A stretch of DNA of 64,000 nucleotides from contig OZ316892.1 of NCBI GenBank assembly GCA_973895155.1, positions 26,311,233 through 26,375,232 of the forward strand, written 5' to 3'. The position numbers were made by a program, and so were the translations under genes. Under the pieces are notes generated by a model, which saw nothing but the letters and a program-made list of their open reading frames with translations, had not been told where the DNA came from and did not search any database. The DNA comes from Marsupella aquatica. Taxonomy: Eukaryota > Plantae > Marchantiophyta. This document shows, piece by piece, positions 34,615-48,237 of this stretch. Numbering within the stretch: the first letter of the stretch is position 1; each line of letters starts with the position of its first letter.

Positions 34615-37392
34615 AATTACCTCTAACACTTTCACAGCAGGAGTATTGTGACATTGTGTATGAGATTGTAGTTACTGTGTCCATTTGAGTGTCAATCTCA
34701 AATTTGTGTGTTCATCTAAGCTTCCAATTCTTGATCGACATTACAACATTTTATCCCTCCACTAGCAGACAAGGTGGGTAGAAAGCAACCATGACACTCA
34801 AGGAAGGGTTTCAAGTCCTGTTTATTGGCCAACCCCTTCCAGCAATTCTATCATGGTTACTTTTGGTATCTATCACTAAACACCTCCGTAACTATAAGTC
34901 TAAGTTCTATTCGTGAGCTAATTTTACCTGTGCATGTACTAAGCAACATATTTAACCTTATATAAGTATGTGACTACAATTAAATTCTAGACTCAAAAGT
35001 AAATGTCTAACAACTATGTCATCTTCACTCAGCCCACACGTGTTCTTTTTATTGCCAAACAAAAATCAACGATCATTGCTGGAGTTGAATATTTCTCCAT
35101 TTGGCAACAATGCAGTGTTGGTACTTAACTAGTCCCTGGTAAGGTTAACTAGGGCCATGTAAATTACAATTAAGGGTTGTTGAGGTTGGACTAGTGGAGA
35201 GGGGGTATACCTTGGAGAGCACTTTATTGTGCTCATACTACATATCAGTATTCACGAGTTGGAGATTGGAGAGAGAGGAGAATAATGTTCATGGGCAACT
35301 TGTTAGCTTGCCAGGTTTTGGTGAATGTAGGTGTTAGTACATAGTGATTTTATCTCTCAGCCATGGTGGTGGCCTAAATGAGATGAGCTAGGTATCTTTA
35401 TGTCGGTGTTGATTGTATATTGTACACTGATTCCATGTGACGTTGTGTTGTACAATATTTTCCCAACATGGGGAACAGGGGAAGGATAACCTAATCAAGT
35501 AGGGTTGTGGTGCTGAAGACTAGTTGGAAGCTAGCGCTCAGCATTGCAACTCTATTGGGTGCATTTCAAGCAACATCTTGGCTTGAGAATTCACATGTGT
35601 TGAAATGCATTTTAAGTGATGAAAGACAATCATGGACTTTTATTCTTTCTCAAACTTTGTTTTTCCATCTACAATAGAAATCCAAAAGCTGAAGTAGTTA
35701 TGTCCTCTTATTGAAATTTAAGAAAATGAGATGCAATTTAATAGTCACAAGTATGTACAACTAGCCCACTTGACAGGCGCCCTTATTAAAACATCCTGTC
35801 TCCTTGCTCTTAACATAGTTGAGCTCTCTTTTTCTTTATAGGGCCACTGAAGGCATTTCTTCGAGATTCTTAATGTCATTATAGAAAACACCAAGGAATG
35901 GGCAATTATTTAACAAAGCGTACTGCAAGCAAAACTGGCCTCATTTTTTAAAGTGGACAAAACCTAAGGTACAAATGGGTAGCTCCAACAATCTTGTACT
36001 CAACATTGAGTTTGGTGGCCAGGCGCAAGGTTATGAACTTATGATGATTGGGTGGCCGTCCACCCCAAATTCCTATGGTACAATCTCTTCATCCACATTG
36101 ATCGTTGACCCTCTCATTGCCTGCCAAATTATAAGTACCACTGTACTTGTTACTTTTCTAGCATTTATTGTCATCAAGGCCATCCCACATACCCACCAGG
36201 CCCATGCCCCCTTCTTTAAAATATAAACTGGCTTTTCTTAGACCTGGCAAGTAGCAAAGTTTGAGGTTATGAGTCCTCAGTTTTCAAAGAGAGAAAAAGC
36301 CTTTCCCTTGGCTTAAACAAATTATTCCCCTACTGTAGCGTAACTGCCTTGCCAGTTCAGTTTGTTTGTTTGTTTGGGACATTATTTACTTTGGCGTTGC
36401 GGTATACAGTTTCAAATATCGTACGGTACTAGAAAACTCCGTTCCAACTAAATCAGTACGGTATTATGGAAGGGCGTAAATGCCTTTGCCATAACTAGGG
36501 ATATGTCATAATTATATGACGTGGATTATTTGTAGACTACAAATTATGCCCTTCCCGTCCCGTTGTATGAGGTTTCTTGGTTTGCGTCTTTGGTCTCACT
36601 TCTTATTAGTTAGGATTAATTAGGGTAGCCTCTTGCTATATAAATACACTGTGCAATTAGTGTTATGGTAAAAATGATTTTTGAGTCCAGGTAACACAAA
36701 TTTTTGTCAATTTTTAAAATAATGTTTTTATATTTTAACTTAAATTGCTTGTAAAAAATTAATGATCTTGACTACAAAATAACATTAATTGTTGTGTATT
36801 TTTTAAAATAGTTTATAATTTTCTCCCTATTTTCCAATCTTAAGACCATAGTAACACTAATTCATGTGTGCAAAACTAATGTCAGCACAAAATTAGTGCG
36901 ACTAACACTAATTCGCAAGTACACCCTGAAAATGGGTGCTCTAATTATGATGTGTAACAACAGGTGCCATACAGAGAGACAGGACCCCAAAGGTAAGAAT
37001 ACCCAACAAAAAAGGGCGATCACAAAGGTAAGAACCAATAGAAAAGGGAAGCAAAGGAGAATTTTAGGAAAAGCCAAAATCGCCCAAGGGTCTAGAACGG
37101 GAGGAGAATGACAATTAGAATCCTACTGAGCAACAAGCAACAAACTGAAAATCTTGGCAATCTCTCAATACCTTTGATATAGTTGTGACCATTGTTTTTG
37201 GTTTGTGGGACTGCCTTTGTTGGGAGGTGTTCAGGTTTGTTTGTGTTCAGTTTTGTTGTTCTCTTGGCTTTCGTGGAACTGTTTCCTTGCATTTATACTC
37301 ACGCATCAATGTTAACAGCATATTTTTGTAATAGTCCAACTCCCAATTTCATGATCTAGGGAGTGTGCTTTATTTACTAAAGCAAGACTTGG

Positions 37393-37395
<3 letters not shown>

Positions 37396-37436
<41 letters not shown>
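37396..37436. repeat. (GA)20 microsatellite
   Basis: Read directly from the sequence. Confidence 0.97.
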
Positions 37437-37438
<2 letters not shown>

Positions 37439-40400
37439 TCTCACCCGAGAGTACTCTATGCACACGGAGAGACAGACTAACAACAATATTGAGAGTCCAG
37501 ACCCCTCACTTCTCTGGGAATTGTCAACACAAATTAGGGTATACTAAAATAAGTTAAAGTGCTGTGTGCTCAAGTTGTCCCCTCTTCCCCTTATAGACTT
37601 AGTCACCAAATTGCAAATGATTATGTGAAGTAGGTTTGGAATAAATTTGGAAAGTATGATTCACCAGAAATATTATTCCTTCACCTACCCAGGATTTAAA
37701 ATTGGCCAGGGATCTTGTCTTGGATTTAATATAGCACATGCACGTTTCCCTTGCGCAACTGATTCCAGAAAGGATGATAAAATACAAAAATAAAAGTGTG
37801 GTCACTAAACAAAGCAAACATAAGGTTTCAATTCTAACCTAACAATGTAAGTTGCCAAATTAGACAATATGTTTTTTTTCATCTGCTGATTGGTCAATGT
37901 CAAAGCACATTGCTCTCCACAATTTGCCAGTCTCTCTTGTGAACTAACCAGCCGGGATGTGAACCTTATTCTGAAACCAATCTTAAAACATACTCCTTGA
38001 GTGCTAACCTTTTTCACAGTTAAAATGAGTGAACACTTTATTCCCCTTGAACCACACGGAAGGGGGCCCCCAGAAAGGCCATCGAAATAAAGGACACCCA
38101 AACGAGTGAACACTTAACCGATAGCTACGCAATGACTTCAATTGGATAGAGATTGGAAGGCAAAAGGTGTATATTTAAGAGTGGTAATAATGGATTATCT
38201 CCCTGCAGCCCCTCCCTCCCTCCCTCAAGGGTTTGCCCAGGGTTTGCCCATTGCAGGTTTGGGTCCTTGGGAGGGGTTTTCCTCACCTTTTCCAAAACAA
38301 AAGAGTGGTAGTAATTTGGACATAATCAAAATGCTTGGGGCTTTGACTTAGTTTCTTCAAATTATTGGTTATCTCGGGATTAGTTGGTACAAGCATCTGG
38401 CATAAACCTTACAAGGAATTTATGACTTTACTCTCCTTTCTTTGGGATGGAAATGAGAAATGTCAACTTGACTTGGCATATGTTCGTCCGCCCACTGAAG
38501 CGATGTTTCCAAGGAAATACCTATTTCTACGTGCATTGACCCCTTAGAAAGTTGACTATCAATCGACTATAAAAGTATCGTAGTTGAGTTTCACAGAATA
38601 ATGGTGAGGACCTTCAGGTTCACTCGGGAAAGGAAAGAATGCAACATTTTGGTAACAACAAACTAGCTTTGGGTTGGGCTAGTTTTGATTTGCTTTTGCA
38701 TGTAAGGATTATGGGGCAGCTGAAATTTCATTATTGGTGACTCTTGCCAGTTCACCAGCAAGGAAGGGTTGGTGCCAATTGTACGAAGGGTGAATTATGA
38801 CTTCACTGCATAATGGGCCTACAGAATCCGTCTATTAGAACAATATTCATCATACCCATTGGTTTCAGGTCAATCTATACAAGATCTGACTGATGTTTCC
38901 AGATGAACGGTCAGGATGCAAGTGTCAGTCAAAACATACAGTAGTGCCATCGAGGTTCGTACAGGACCTGCACAAAAATAAATTATTTCTCATTTCAGTA
39001 CATAGCTCAAAAATTAGAATAGTATTCTTTTGTTTTGTGTTATTTAAGAAAAAAGTATGCATTGAAAAGTTTGCCGTTGGCCTTAGTTTCTTGCTCGAGT
39101 GCTTTAGTCCTCTCGTAGGCTCTGAAGAAAAGAAAAAAGTCAGTCGTTACAGATGCTTAAAGTATTCTTAAAATTTGCACAAAGTTCTTTGGAGTTTCAC
39201 AAGTAGTCCTAAACTGTTTTGTCACTCGGGTCCAAAATGTTCATAACAATTTATTTTTATGAGAATCGGGATGGCACCTGGTATAGGATTCCCCACTTGT
39301 GCCACCTCCACGGATCACGAGAAAATGCCCTCCATATGGGGCTACTGCAGCTAAGTCCTGTGGCTTTCCTGTTGACAATATCCCTGGCTGCTTTGTCAAT
39401 GTCAAGCTAAACCCTATGGCTTCCAACCTTGAGCTCTTTTTTCCTTTCCTTTTTATTGCTTTGAATGACTAAAATATCTTTTTTGACTCATCAACTAGAG
39501 TGACCCCTGGAAATGTCATCAACTGTGAAGAGTTTCAAGCTGACAAGGTAAAGATTACAACACAGTAGCTTGGGATTGAGCTAATTTTGAACGAATTTGG
39601 GGATGTTGCATCTAGAACCCGTGGTTGTCCTCGTGACAAGATACATGATGGCTGAACCTCTTGGACCAGCTGGCTGCTTTGACAATCTCCAGCGTGTAAA
39701 TAACGAAAGAAAGGAAAAAAAGATTCTCGAATGGCCCACAATGTTTGATCTCTGGATTCCCATGGACCAAGCACCTTTTGACTCCCAAAAGATCAACATT
39801 GAAAGGTCCTATCTGAGCGAAAAGTCATGTTTCGTAGCTGAGCATGTGGCTTATGACATGCTTTGAAATGTTATCTTGAAACTCAAGTAGTGATTCCCTT
39901 CATTGGTATAAATGGTCAGACCTTTGGGTCCAAGTTGCATGATCAAACATTGTGGTCCATTCGAGCATCAATCTCAGTCTATTGGAGCTTTGGGTCAAAA
40001 AGAAAAGAGAACGAAGGAGAAAAAGAGAATCTCAAGCTTTCCTTTTTTCGAGAAAGGCTCGGATGTTTGATCCAACATGCAGAACACAATACAGCACACA
40101 CAAGGTGAGCAGTGAACGCAGCCAGAGAATATGATGGGGCTAATAAGTTGCAGCTTTCAGCAAAGCCAACCTGAGCGCTTCACAAGTAATACAGTAATAG
40201 GCTTGCAACCCAACTGAACAAGAACAAATCCATTGTCATCATAATCACGCCAGTCAGACAAGGTGAAAGTAGAAGAGTGAAGAAACTATCTACGTGCAAA
40301 CTAGTATTTGAAACGAGTGTAAATGGGGTATGGCAGTCCATCTGAGCATCTTGTCAAAGACTTTGGGATCCCCATCATAAACGTTAAGGAGGGAATTTTT

Positions 40401-40793
40401 AAGCTGGCATAGGATCTATGTAGACTTATATTTTAACTATGATGACATGAATTTTGAGTATAACGACTCAACTTTCATACAAGTAGCTTATGTTCAAAGA
40501 TTTGGCTGGAGGTCCCATCCAAATTTAGACGGTCTTTAAATGTCATTGGGTTTGCTTATTGTAAGGAGTAAATACTCAGTCTGATACCACCCCTTTCAAG
40601 TTTCTGTTAGTAGCAGTCATGGTCAAATGAAACTCAGCTCCAACGGGTACTAGATAATTTTTCTCTACACTAGAAATAAGATCCAGATAATCATAGTCTA
40701 CAATCTTGTACATACATCACTGTATATTGTCTTCCAAATAGAGATCCAATAACTAAGAAACGAGTACCTGAAATTCCTTTAGCCTGACAGTGA

Positions 40794-40932
40794 ATGGGTT
40801 GATATGACATTTTGCAGTTTAGTTATTGCGGTCAAAATCTGGTTACAGGAAGGTTTTCCAGTGCATGGGTTGATATGACATTTTGCAGTTCAGTTATTGA
40901 GGTCAAATCTGGTCACAGTAAGGTTTTCCAGT
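40794..40932. repeat. ~70-bp imperfect tandem duplication
   Basis: atgggttgatatgacattttgcagtt...aaggttttccagt occurs twice. Confidence 0.9.
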
Positions 40933-41503
40933 AAGGGTTGGAGATGAGTCTGGAAGTTCATTTCCGAAAGAGAGAAAAACACAATCTCAACTCTGAAGCT
41001 TTCCTTCTTTGGAGAGAGGATCCGCTGCCAGCATGCAAGAAGACAACAGCGTGGGGGAACAATGTAGCAGCCAGGCAGGTGAGGCTGATTGTAAGTTACA
41101 ACTGTCAGCCAATGAACCTAGCTTTATTTACAAGTAATAAATACACTGATAGGCTTGTAGCCAAGTCAACACCACCACTATCATCCAGTACTCCAATGTC
41201 AACCACTCTCCTCAGAAGACCATTTAACTCAATAATGCAAAGTTGCCATAGAGAGCCTAGAGAAAGTGGGAAGTAGGATCCTGGGATTGATTTCCACAGG
41301 ATTGAGAACAATGATGATTCAGGTCAGTCGTCCAAGATTTGATGAGTAAACTGTATGCTGTCACCTATTGTGATTTCCATGGCTAAAAGATATGAATGAA
41401 GAAACGACAGACAGCATGAATATCAAAGAATCATTAATTTTATAAAAAAAATGTAATGTATAAATGAAAGGAAGGAAAACCAAGAGGGAATTCTTGCGTA
41501 TAA

Positions 41504-41959
41504 CAGTCTGTTGTATCTAAGTGCAAATCTGGTTTGCTGCAAGGGCCGTTCTTCCCATTTTTTCTCTAGAGTTTTGCAGTTGTTACAAGTGTTTCAAGGT
41601 CTCCCACTAGACTACAAAGGTGTAAGTGAAAACCATCGATAAGAGTGCATGATAGTAGTTACATGCTCTTGGGCATGTACGGAGAATTGTTGATGTTTTT
41701 GGTCATTGTTGATGCTTTTGTCACACTGCATTGTTGCACTTGTACTTTAGGGTACAGGGTTTTAGAGCAGAGTGTTCTCCCATAAGGCACCACGATCATG
41801 CAGCGTTTTGATATTTGCAATTTGTCAATGTTGCACTTCTCACATAGTATAAACCACCAGTATAAACCAACAGGATTGGGGGACACTTATAAGTGCCCCT
41901 GTTTAAGTGTTTAATGTAGGCTTCTTCCCCGAAAGTGTGCACTTAGAGAGAGTAGACTG
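41504..41959. mobile_element. Tc1/mariner (pogo-like) non-autonomous remnant
   Basis: Left CAGTCTGTTGTATCTAAGTGCA vs right reverse complement CAGTCTACTCTCTCTAAGTGCA (18/22). TA follows the right end. Internal palindrome gggacacttataagtgcccc. Confidence 0.45.
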
Positions 41960-44900
41960 TAGTTTAGCTCTCGGTATCAGTAGTCGAGTAGGAGTAAAAG
42001 GAGGCCATAACAGTAAACGAGAATAATCTTCCTCGAATTTTTCCAACTTTTTGCCTTTCCATCCAGCTCAAGTCAACACCATCACGCTATGCTATTTTTG
42101 ACGGCGTAATCAAGTAATGAGAAGGAAAGCAAGACAAGACAAAAAGGTAACAATATCCAACCTGACTCGAAACAAATCATTCCACATTTCAATAAAGTGA
42201 CTCCTGTAGCTTCTTCCCCTTCTTCCCAATTAGGGAATATTATTTAGGTAAGTCAACTTTGATCCGCTCCAACTTCAGACCTATGTCACTACGTGTAATT
42301 TTTCCTAGAGCTCCCAACTTTAGTGCACTATTGGCGTCCAATTTTGACCATTTGACTCTGATGGAGAAAAGGGGCACCAATGGGTGGAGCTGTGGCTGGC
42401 ACTTGTCATGCTATTATTGGCCGGCCACTACTCACTAGGTTCAATTAACGTGATTGACTGTCATAATCTCCCCTATGGATTATGGGCTAGGGCACAGCCA
42501 TTTTGTATTTTTCTCGTTTGGGAAATGTGTGTGAGCGGGGATCTTGACTACTTCCCTGGGAAATATTTTTTGGTAGACAGATGTCTGACCTTGCATGGGA
42601 GCCGTTCAGTTGCTTCGATCTAAGGAGGACCCTTAGATCTGACCACGAACCCTCTTAGCTAAGCAAGGATTTGGCAAATAGAAGGGCATTTCCTTTCATT
42701 GTACTAACTTGTCACAACATTTTCCAAGCCAGATTTATTATAAAATTCAACTACTAGCAAACAGTTGAGCCAGGGTATTACTATTAGTAAGGGCCATTTT
42801 TTAAAACGATCTCAGGGACTTTGTATCAAGCTGACCTTCGAACCCTAAAAGTTCCCATTGATTATTCTAGAAAGAACATGAGGAGGAGCTTTATATAACC
42901 ATTGACACAGGTTTAGTCAAAGCTTAATTCCAAACCTCACTTGACCAAAACCAGTCTGAGTTTTGTGGGATCCCATTTTGAGCAGGATGTCCCCACTTTG
43001 CCGAGTGGACAGATTTGGACTTCAAACTGCCCACCTCGTAAGCTTAAAGTTAGGTCCCACCCAAGTGGGATAGGATTGGGAGTCTCAAGCACTAAAGTGT
43101 CTGCCTCGTTTTTGTAAAGAGAAATACTGTTGCAATGTTTGTACAGGATGCACGAGATCTAATCAATCATCAAAGCTCTCCCAAACTGCTCTCTTCCCCT
43201 TATGTAAAGGATACCTCCTAAATGAGCCTTAAACCCATTCCAGATACTACCTCAAGAGGTGGTATGCTTTTCCGATTTCAAGCTTCATCCTATATCCCTG
43301 ACTTTAACTTAAAAAAGAAAGAATTTGCTTGACTGGGTCTACAGATGTCTCGATGGAGTTTGAAGCGTCAAATTCACTTTATGGGGTCAAGATACACCCT
43401 CTTTTGCCTTTATTGGAAATACAGGTCAATATTTCAAACTCATTGTCCGCCCTCTAAGTTAATGGGTCTTTTCGCCCCCCTCCTCCACCAAAAGTCTATA
43501 TTTCAAACCCGATATATGATTTCAAGGCAAAACTATGTGTGGCTCCGATGGGATCTGATTCACCCCAACCTCCTCTTTCGCTTTTTGGAAGTAATAGAAA
43601 GTCAATGTTGTATCTCTTAAACATTGACTTATTATATTAAGCTTCCCTTTTGCTCTTATTAGAAAGTCAATGTATAAGAGGTCTAAGCTCAACCCGAACA
43701 TTGCAGTTTGAATGGATGGGATTGTAATCTTGACAGGAATCTCTAGCATAATTAGTGCAGGTGTATACTCCAGGAGCTAACTTGGTATATTTTGTAGGAC
43801 CCCGTGTATATCATGTGCAATCATCCTGACCCAATTAAAACACCCTTACATTTTGCATTCTACATGACATAATTTATTCTGTAACCTGTACACAATATAA
43901 CTATTCTTTGTTTTGATGCTATAAATACCTTATTTTATTCCAGACTCATTATAAATCTTTGGTCAAGACAGTATAAATATATTCGTTTTGAATTTCAAGT
44001 GGTGCCTGGGGCTTTCTATAGTTGTTCCCCTTAGGATGTGTCTTTGGAGGGGTGTAACCCCTTTGGGAGCACAATAGGGGGGAGTAATCACACTGCCTGG
44101 GGGTGTGGTGACTATCACCATCTTTGCTGGAGCAAAACTCAGGCATTGACTTGTCTTTGAAAATGTCCATCCATAGTTGGATAACAATCTGTATTTCTGA
44201 GCAAGTGAGGGCTCAAGACCCCTGGCATGTCTGTTTGTCCGTCAACAGGGGAAGTGCTGGGAAATTTGATAATTGGCTTGGAGGAATCAGGGGCGAGTGT
44301 GTTCACAAAGGGCCATGCAAGCTGGGTACACAGTGCAGCAGATGAGTTTCACAAAGTCTACCATTTCAACACAGCCAAGCCCACAGTTACCACTTAGTGA
44401 GTCGAGCTATCAGACCTTGACCATGGGAACAAACCAGGGTACCCTTGTCATTCTGCATTGCAAAGAATAACATTAGAATCCTTTACAGTGGATGATCTCT
44501 TAAGTACTTACTTTGGGTTATGGGAAAAAATGCATACTTTGGTTTCCTTATTACATTGCATCTTGTTTCATCAGTTTTCATTAAGTCAAAACTCATACTG
44601 GAGCGCCTAATTAAGAGCCAACTTGCATGTAGGCAGCCCTTAGTTTTCCAGCCCCTGATTCACAGATGACCGTAAACTATTCAGCCTTTGCCCCCACGAT
44701 GATCATGCGCCATTGCTGCCTTTGCACTGCCTTTGCACGAGATTTGTCACTACGGTAATCTTTGTCATTGAACAATTTTGAAGTACTGTCCTGTTTCCTG
44801 GAAAATGAATTGGCAGCTGATTCTGTGCACAGTTCAAGAGGGCTCCAGGTTCCAACCATCATGACAACAGAATTTTCTTTCGTCCCACAACAACCCGCCA

Positions 44901-45246
44901 AATTAAACCCAATCCAACAGCAATTCCCATGAGGTAGTTTACGATTGGAAGTCATCCATGTCTAATATTTTAAGTATACTTTAAATTTCGTTGGTTCTTA
45001 TAGTACAACCATAGTTCATCACTCCCATTCTTAAGCAATTCCCGTGAATTTGTTTACGATGGACGTCATCCATATTAAGATGCTGAAATTTGTGGGCTCG
45101 CACGCTTAGAAATATCGCTCAAGTTTCAATCATCACAGTAATAAACGCAGCTTTTCATTCACCCAAAAACAAACTGCAGATATTAAAAGTGTGAAATAAT
45201 ATCAAAACCTATACAAGTTTAATTAGTGGACGGGATGACGTATCTG

Positions 45247-45328
45247 GCGGATGTGCCGGAGTGGTTAACGGGATTGACTCGAAATCAATTGGGCTATGCT
45301 CGCACAGGTTCGAATCCTGTCGTCCGCG
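45247..45328 (+). tRNA. trnS-CGA: tRNA-Ser(CGA)
   Basis: 82 nt. Acceptor stem GCGGATG/CGTCCGC with G discriminator, D loop GAGTGGTTAA, anticodon arm ATTGA-CT-CGA-AA-TCAAT, long variable arm GGGC-TAT-GCTC, T arm ACAGGTTCGAATCCTGT. Confidence 0.95.
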
Positions 45329-45449
45329 TATGTCTTTGTTCCTCGTCACCATCTTTTCCTCTGCGAATGGAACATTCAATTGGCTTTATTGGATGAAAGA
45401 TTTCTATTTTTCCATCGCACTGATCCTCGTTTGTGATCATCACTATCCC

Positions 45450-46170
45450 AATCTGCAGCTACTGTAGCATCACCATCTATTGACTTGATTGGCTTCCATT
45501 GCAGGAAAGCTCCACTTCACCACTGGCTTTTTTCCATCTCACTACAGTAGTCGTCTTTTGCCCCCCACACTATCCCAGTAGCTGGTCTACTGTAGTTTCT
45601 CGTTTCTTTCTCACCTGTTGGTGTGTAATGGCTGCCAACTCTCCTCTCCTCTCCTCTCCTCTCCTCTCCTCTCCTCTCCTCTCCTCTCCTCTCCTCAGTC
45701 TGCAGGACAGCTTCACTGCATAGTGTCATTTTTTCCATCTCACCCCGCATCTCACTAGTCCCTAGTTGTAATGGGGCTGCCAAAATACTCTCCTCTCCTC
45801 TCCTCTCCTCTCCTCTCCTCAGTCTGCCAATGGAGTATAGAGTATAATGGACTGGCTTATAGAGTAGCAGGAAAGCTCCACTGCATAATGTCTTATATCC
45901 ATCTCACTAGTCCTCTTTTGCCCACTTTACTAACCTCATCTGCAGCTCCTGTAGCACCATTATCAATTAACTGTCGAGTACAACATCGTTCTGGGCTTCT
46001 GGTCCTGCCATCTCGAGTCTTCTATTGGCAGGAAGGCTCCAACTGCATGATGCCTGTTTTTTCAATGCATGCTCTTTGTCCCCTCCACTATCCTCATCTG
46101 CAGTAACTATAGCATCACCATCAATTGACTGTCGAGTCCAACACTGTTATGGGCTTCTGGTCCTGCATCT
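45450..46170. repeat. Degenerate tandem units with embedded (CTCCT)n microsatellites between the tRNA genes
   Basis: Recurrent gcaggaaagctccac, ccatctcacta and ctgcag..actgtagcatcaccatc motifs. (CTCCT)n at ~45640-45696 and ~45788-45820. Confidence 0.75.
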
Positions 46171-46280
46171 TGTCCCAATCCTGTGACAAGGCGCCCTTGT
46201 TTATATCTTCTATCTGGAGAATTCGTCTTGACCATTATCAAAAATTATTTTGTCAAAAACCCACAGTGGGTCATGCGGTG

Positions 46281-46362
46281 GCGGATGTGCCGGAGTGGTT
46301 AACGGGATTGACTCGAAATCAATTGGGCTTTGCCCGCACAGGTTCGAACCCTGTCGTCCGCG
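46281..46362 (+). tRNA. trnS-CGA: tRNA-Ser(CGA), second copy
   Basis: 82 nt, 3 differences from copy 1 (variable arm GGGC-TTT-GCCC, T loop TTCGAAC). TTTT terminator at ~46370. Confidence 0.96.
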
Positions 46363-48237
46363 AGCAATCGTTTTAGGTGTCTTCCCAGGCTTTCGTAGAT
46401 TCTGTAGGCTCCAGGAAACATCTATAGGGGCCAAAGATCCCACAGAAACTTTAGGAATCAGACTGGGCCCTTCACTCTACGTGTACACAAAGATTAAAAA
46501 AATTCAGCCACCTCATGCTGTAATAATATATTATATATAGCTTCTCTAATTGTCGCCTGGGGTGTGGGACGTGGGAAGGCTTTTGGTGGATTGTATTGCC
46601 ATCTGTACCCGCAGCAGTGGGTTTGTTGGGTCCACATTCGTGACCATTTTAGCGCACCTGGCTTCTCTTGCAAGGGGGCTTGCGAGCCCTGGCGTCCTCG
46701 GGGCTTGGGTAGCGTAAGAGTAGCATGCAGGCCTACAATATACATCCTAAAAGACTGACAGTACTTGGTATAGTGTTTTGTTCACGTGGACTGCTGGATA
46801 AGGGCTGATCCAATATGAACCGACTGTACTCGGTTTAGTGTTTCTTAATGTGGACTGCTGGTAAGGGCTGATCGAATATAAAAGTATCCCACTGCCACTT
46901 ACCACACCACCCAATCTTCTGAATGCACTTGTCATGACAGCTCCAGTTGTTGTCAGTGTCATTGTGTTGTGTTGGCTGAAGCTTCCTTCCAAGCTTAAGA
47001 TTCCTATCGTGTTGGCTGAAGCTTCCTTCTAAAGCTTAAAATTCCTGCTGTAGAACTCTCCACATGTTTATCATCAGTACATAACTTGCCTTGTATAAGC
47101 GAAAGCGGCTTAAAAAATTCTGGGAAATAATTTTTCCCTCCCGGAAGGATTGGCCTAGCTATCATGTAGAATCCTTGGGCTGCAACACTAGAAGTGTTTC
47201 TTTGATAAAGAAATCCTGCCCTGTTTTGGATCAGAGCTCAGTTTCCTCTGGTTTTATCAAGGTTTACTTTCCTCTGTTCTTATGAAGGTTCACTTCACTC
47301 TCTCAGGTTCTTCAACGGCATCTGCACTCTAGCAGGGCATCCGTTCATAATTGAACCTTGCACTTCCAGATACGCACTGGTATCCACTATTGCTGTTCAG
47401 AAGAAATCGTGTATAATCTTTCTGTTTGGTCTCTCTAAATCTTTTACATGCCTAGGCCCTCGGCTTCATTGCCTCTCATTTCCATTCTGTCTTCTCCAAA
47501 CAAACCTTGTCAGTCCGACGTTGTTCTAAAAATATAAATGTTTCTTCCATAGGCAATTGGTTGGATTTCAGAATTTATCTTCAATTAACTGCTGATCACC
47601 CTTGGAAGCAGGAAAAGGACATTTAGTTGACATTCAATCGATTACGCTTATGATATTTAGGAGTGTAGCGATCACTGACGTTAACCAATTTAAAAAGCAG
47701 AGGTGATTTGAATGTTATCGAATTGCTTCACTTTCAATAAAATCTCTGCACCATTACCTACATTCCAGTTCTCTTTACAACGATGGTTGGGTTCCTGTAA
47801 ATAGACCCACTTGGCGAAAGAACCACAATGGTATCCAATTGGTAGCCTCTTTCAAATTCAGTAGAGTCGAGATGCCTGACCAGCACCTCATGATTGATCT
47901 CTAATCAAAATCACATAACCACTGGATCAAAGTGGGATCACTAAAGAGAAAATCAATTATCTACCCATTTAATGAAAGAGCATACTGACAATTGATTTGG
48001 TCTTTGGCATTTGTTTCGGAAGATCCCTATTCTTAATCCTCAGCCCCATTTCTGAAGGCAAAGAGTAACACTTTACAAAGAATGATGAATGGTATAATCT
48101 TAAATCACAGGTCAAACAGTACCTTCGTGGTTGCTGACTACAAAACAATGGCCTGTGATTAATAAAGGCTCATGAGAACAGGACTTGATTTGATAGATCT
48201 TTTTGCTCATTGCAACACAGGTGCATGCCAGTTTTGG

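Noticed and set aside
42230-42860. Mutator-like MITE (gggaa...ttccc)
   Set aside because: The TIRs barely align and there is no 9-bp TSD.
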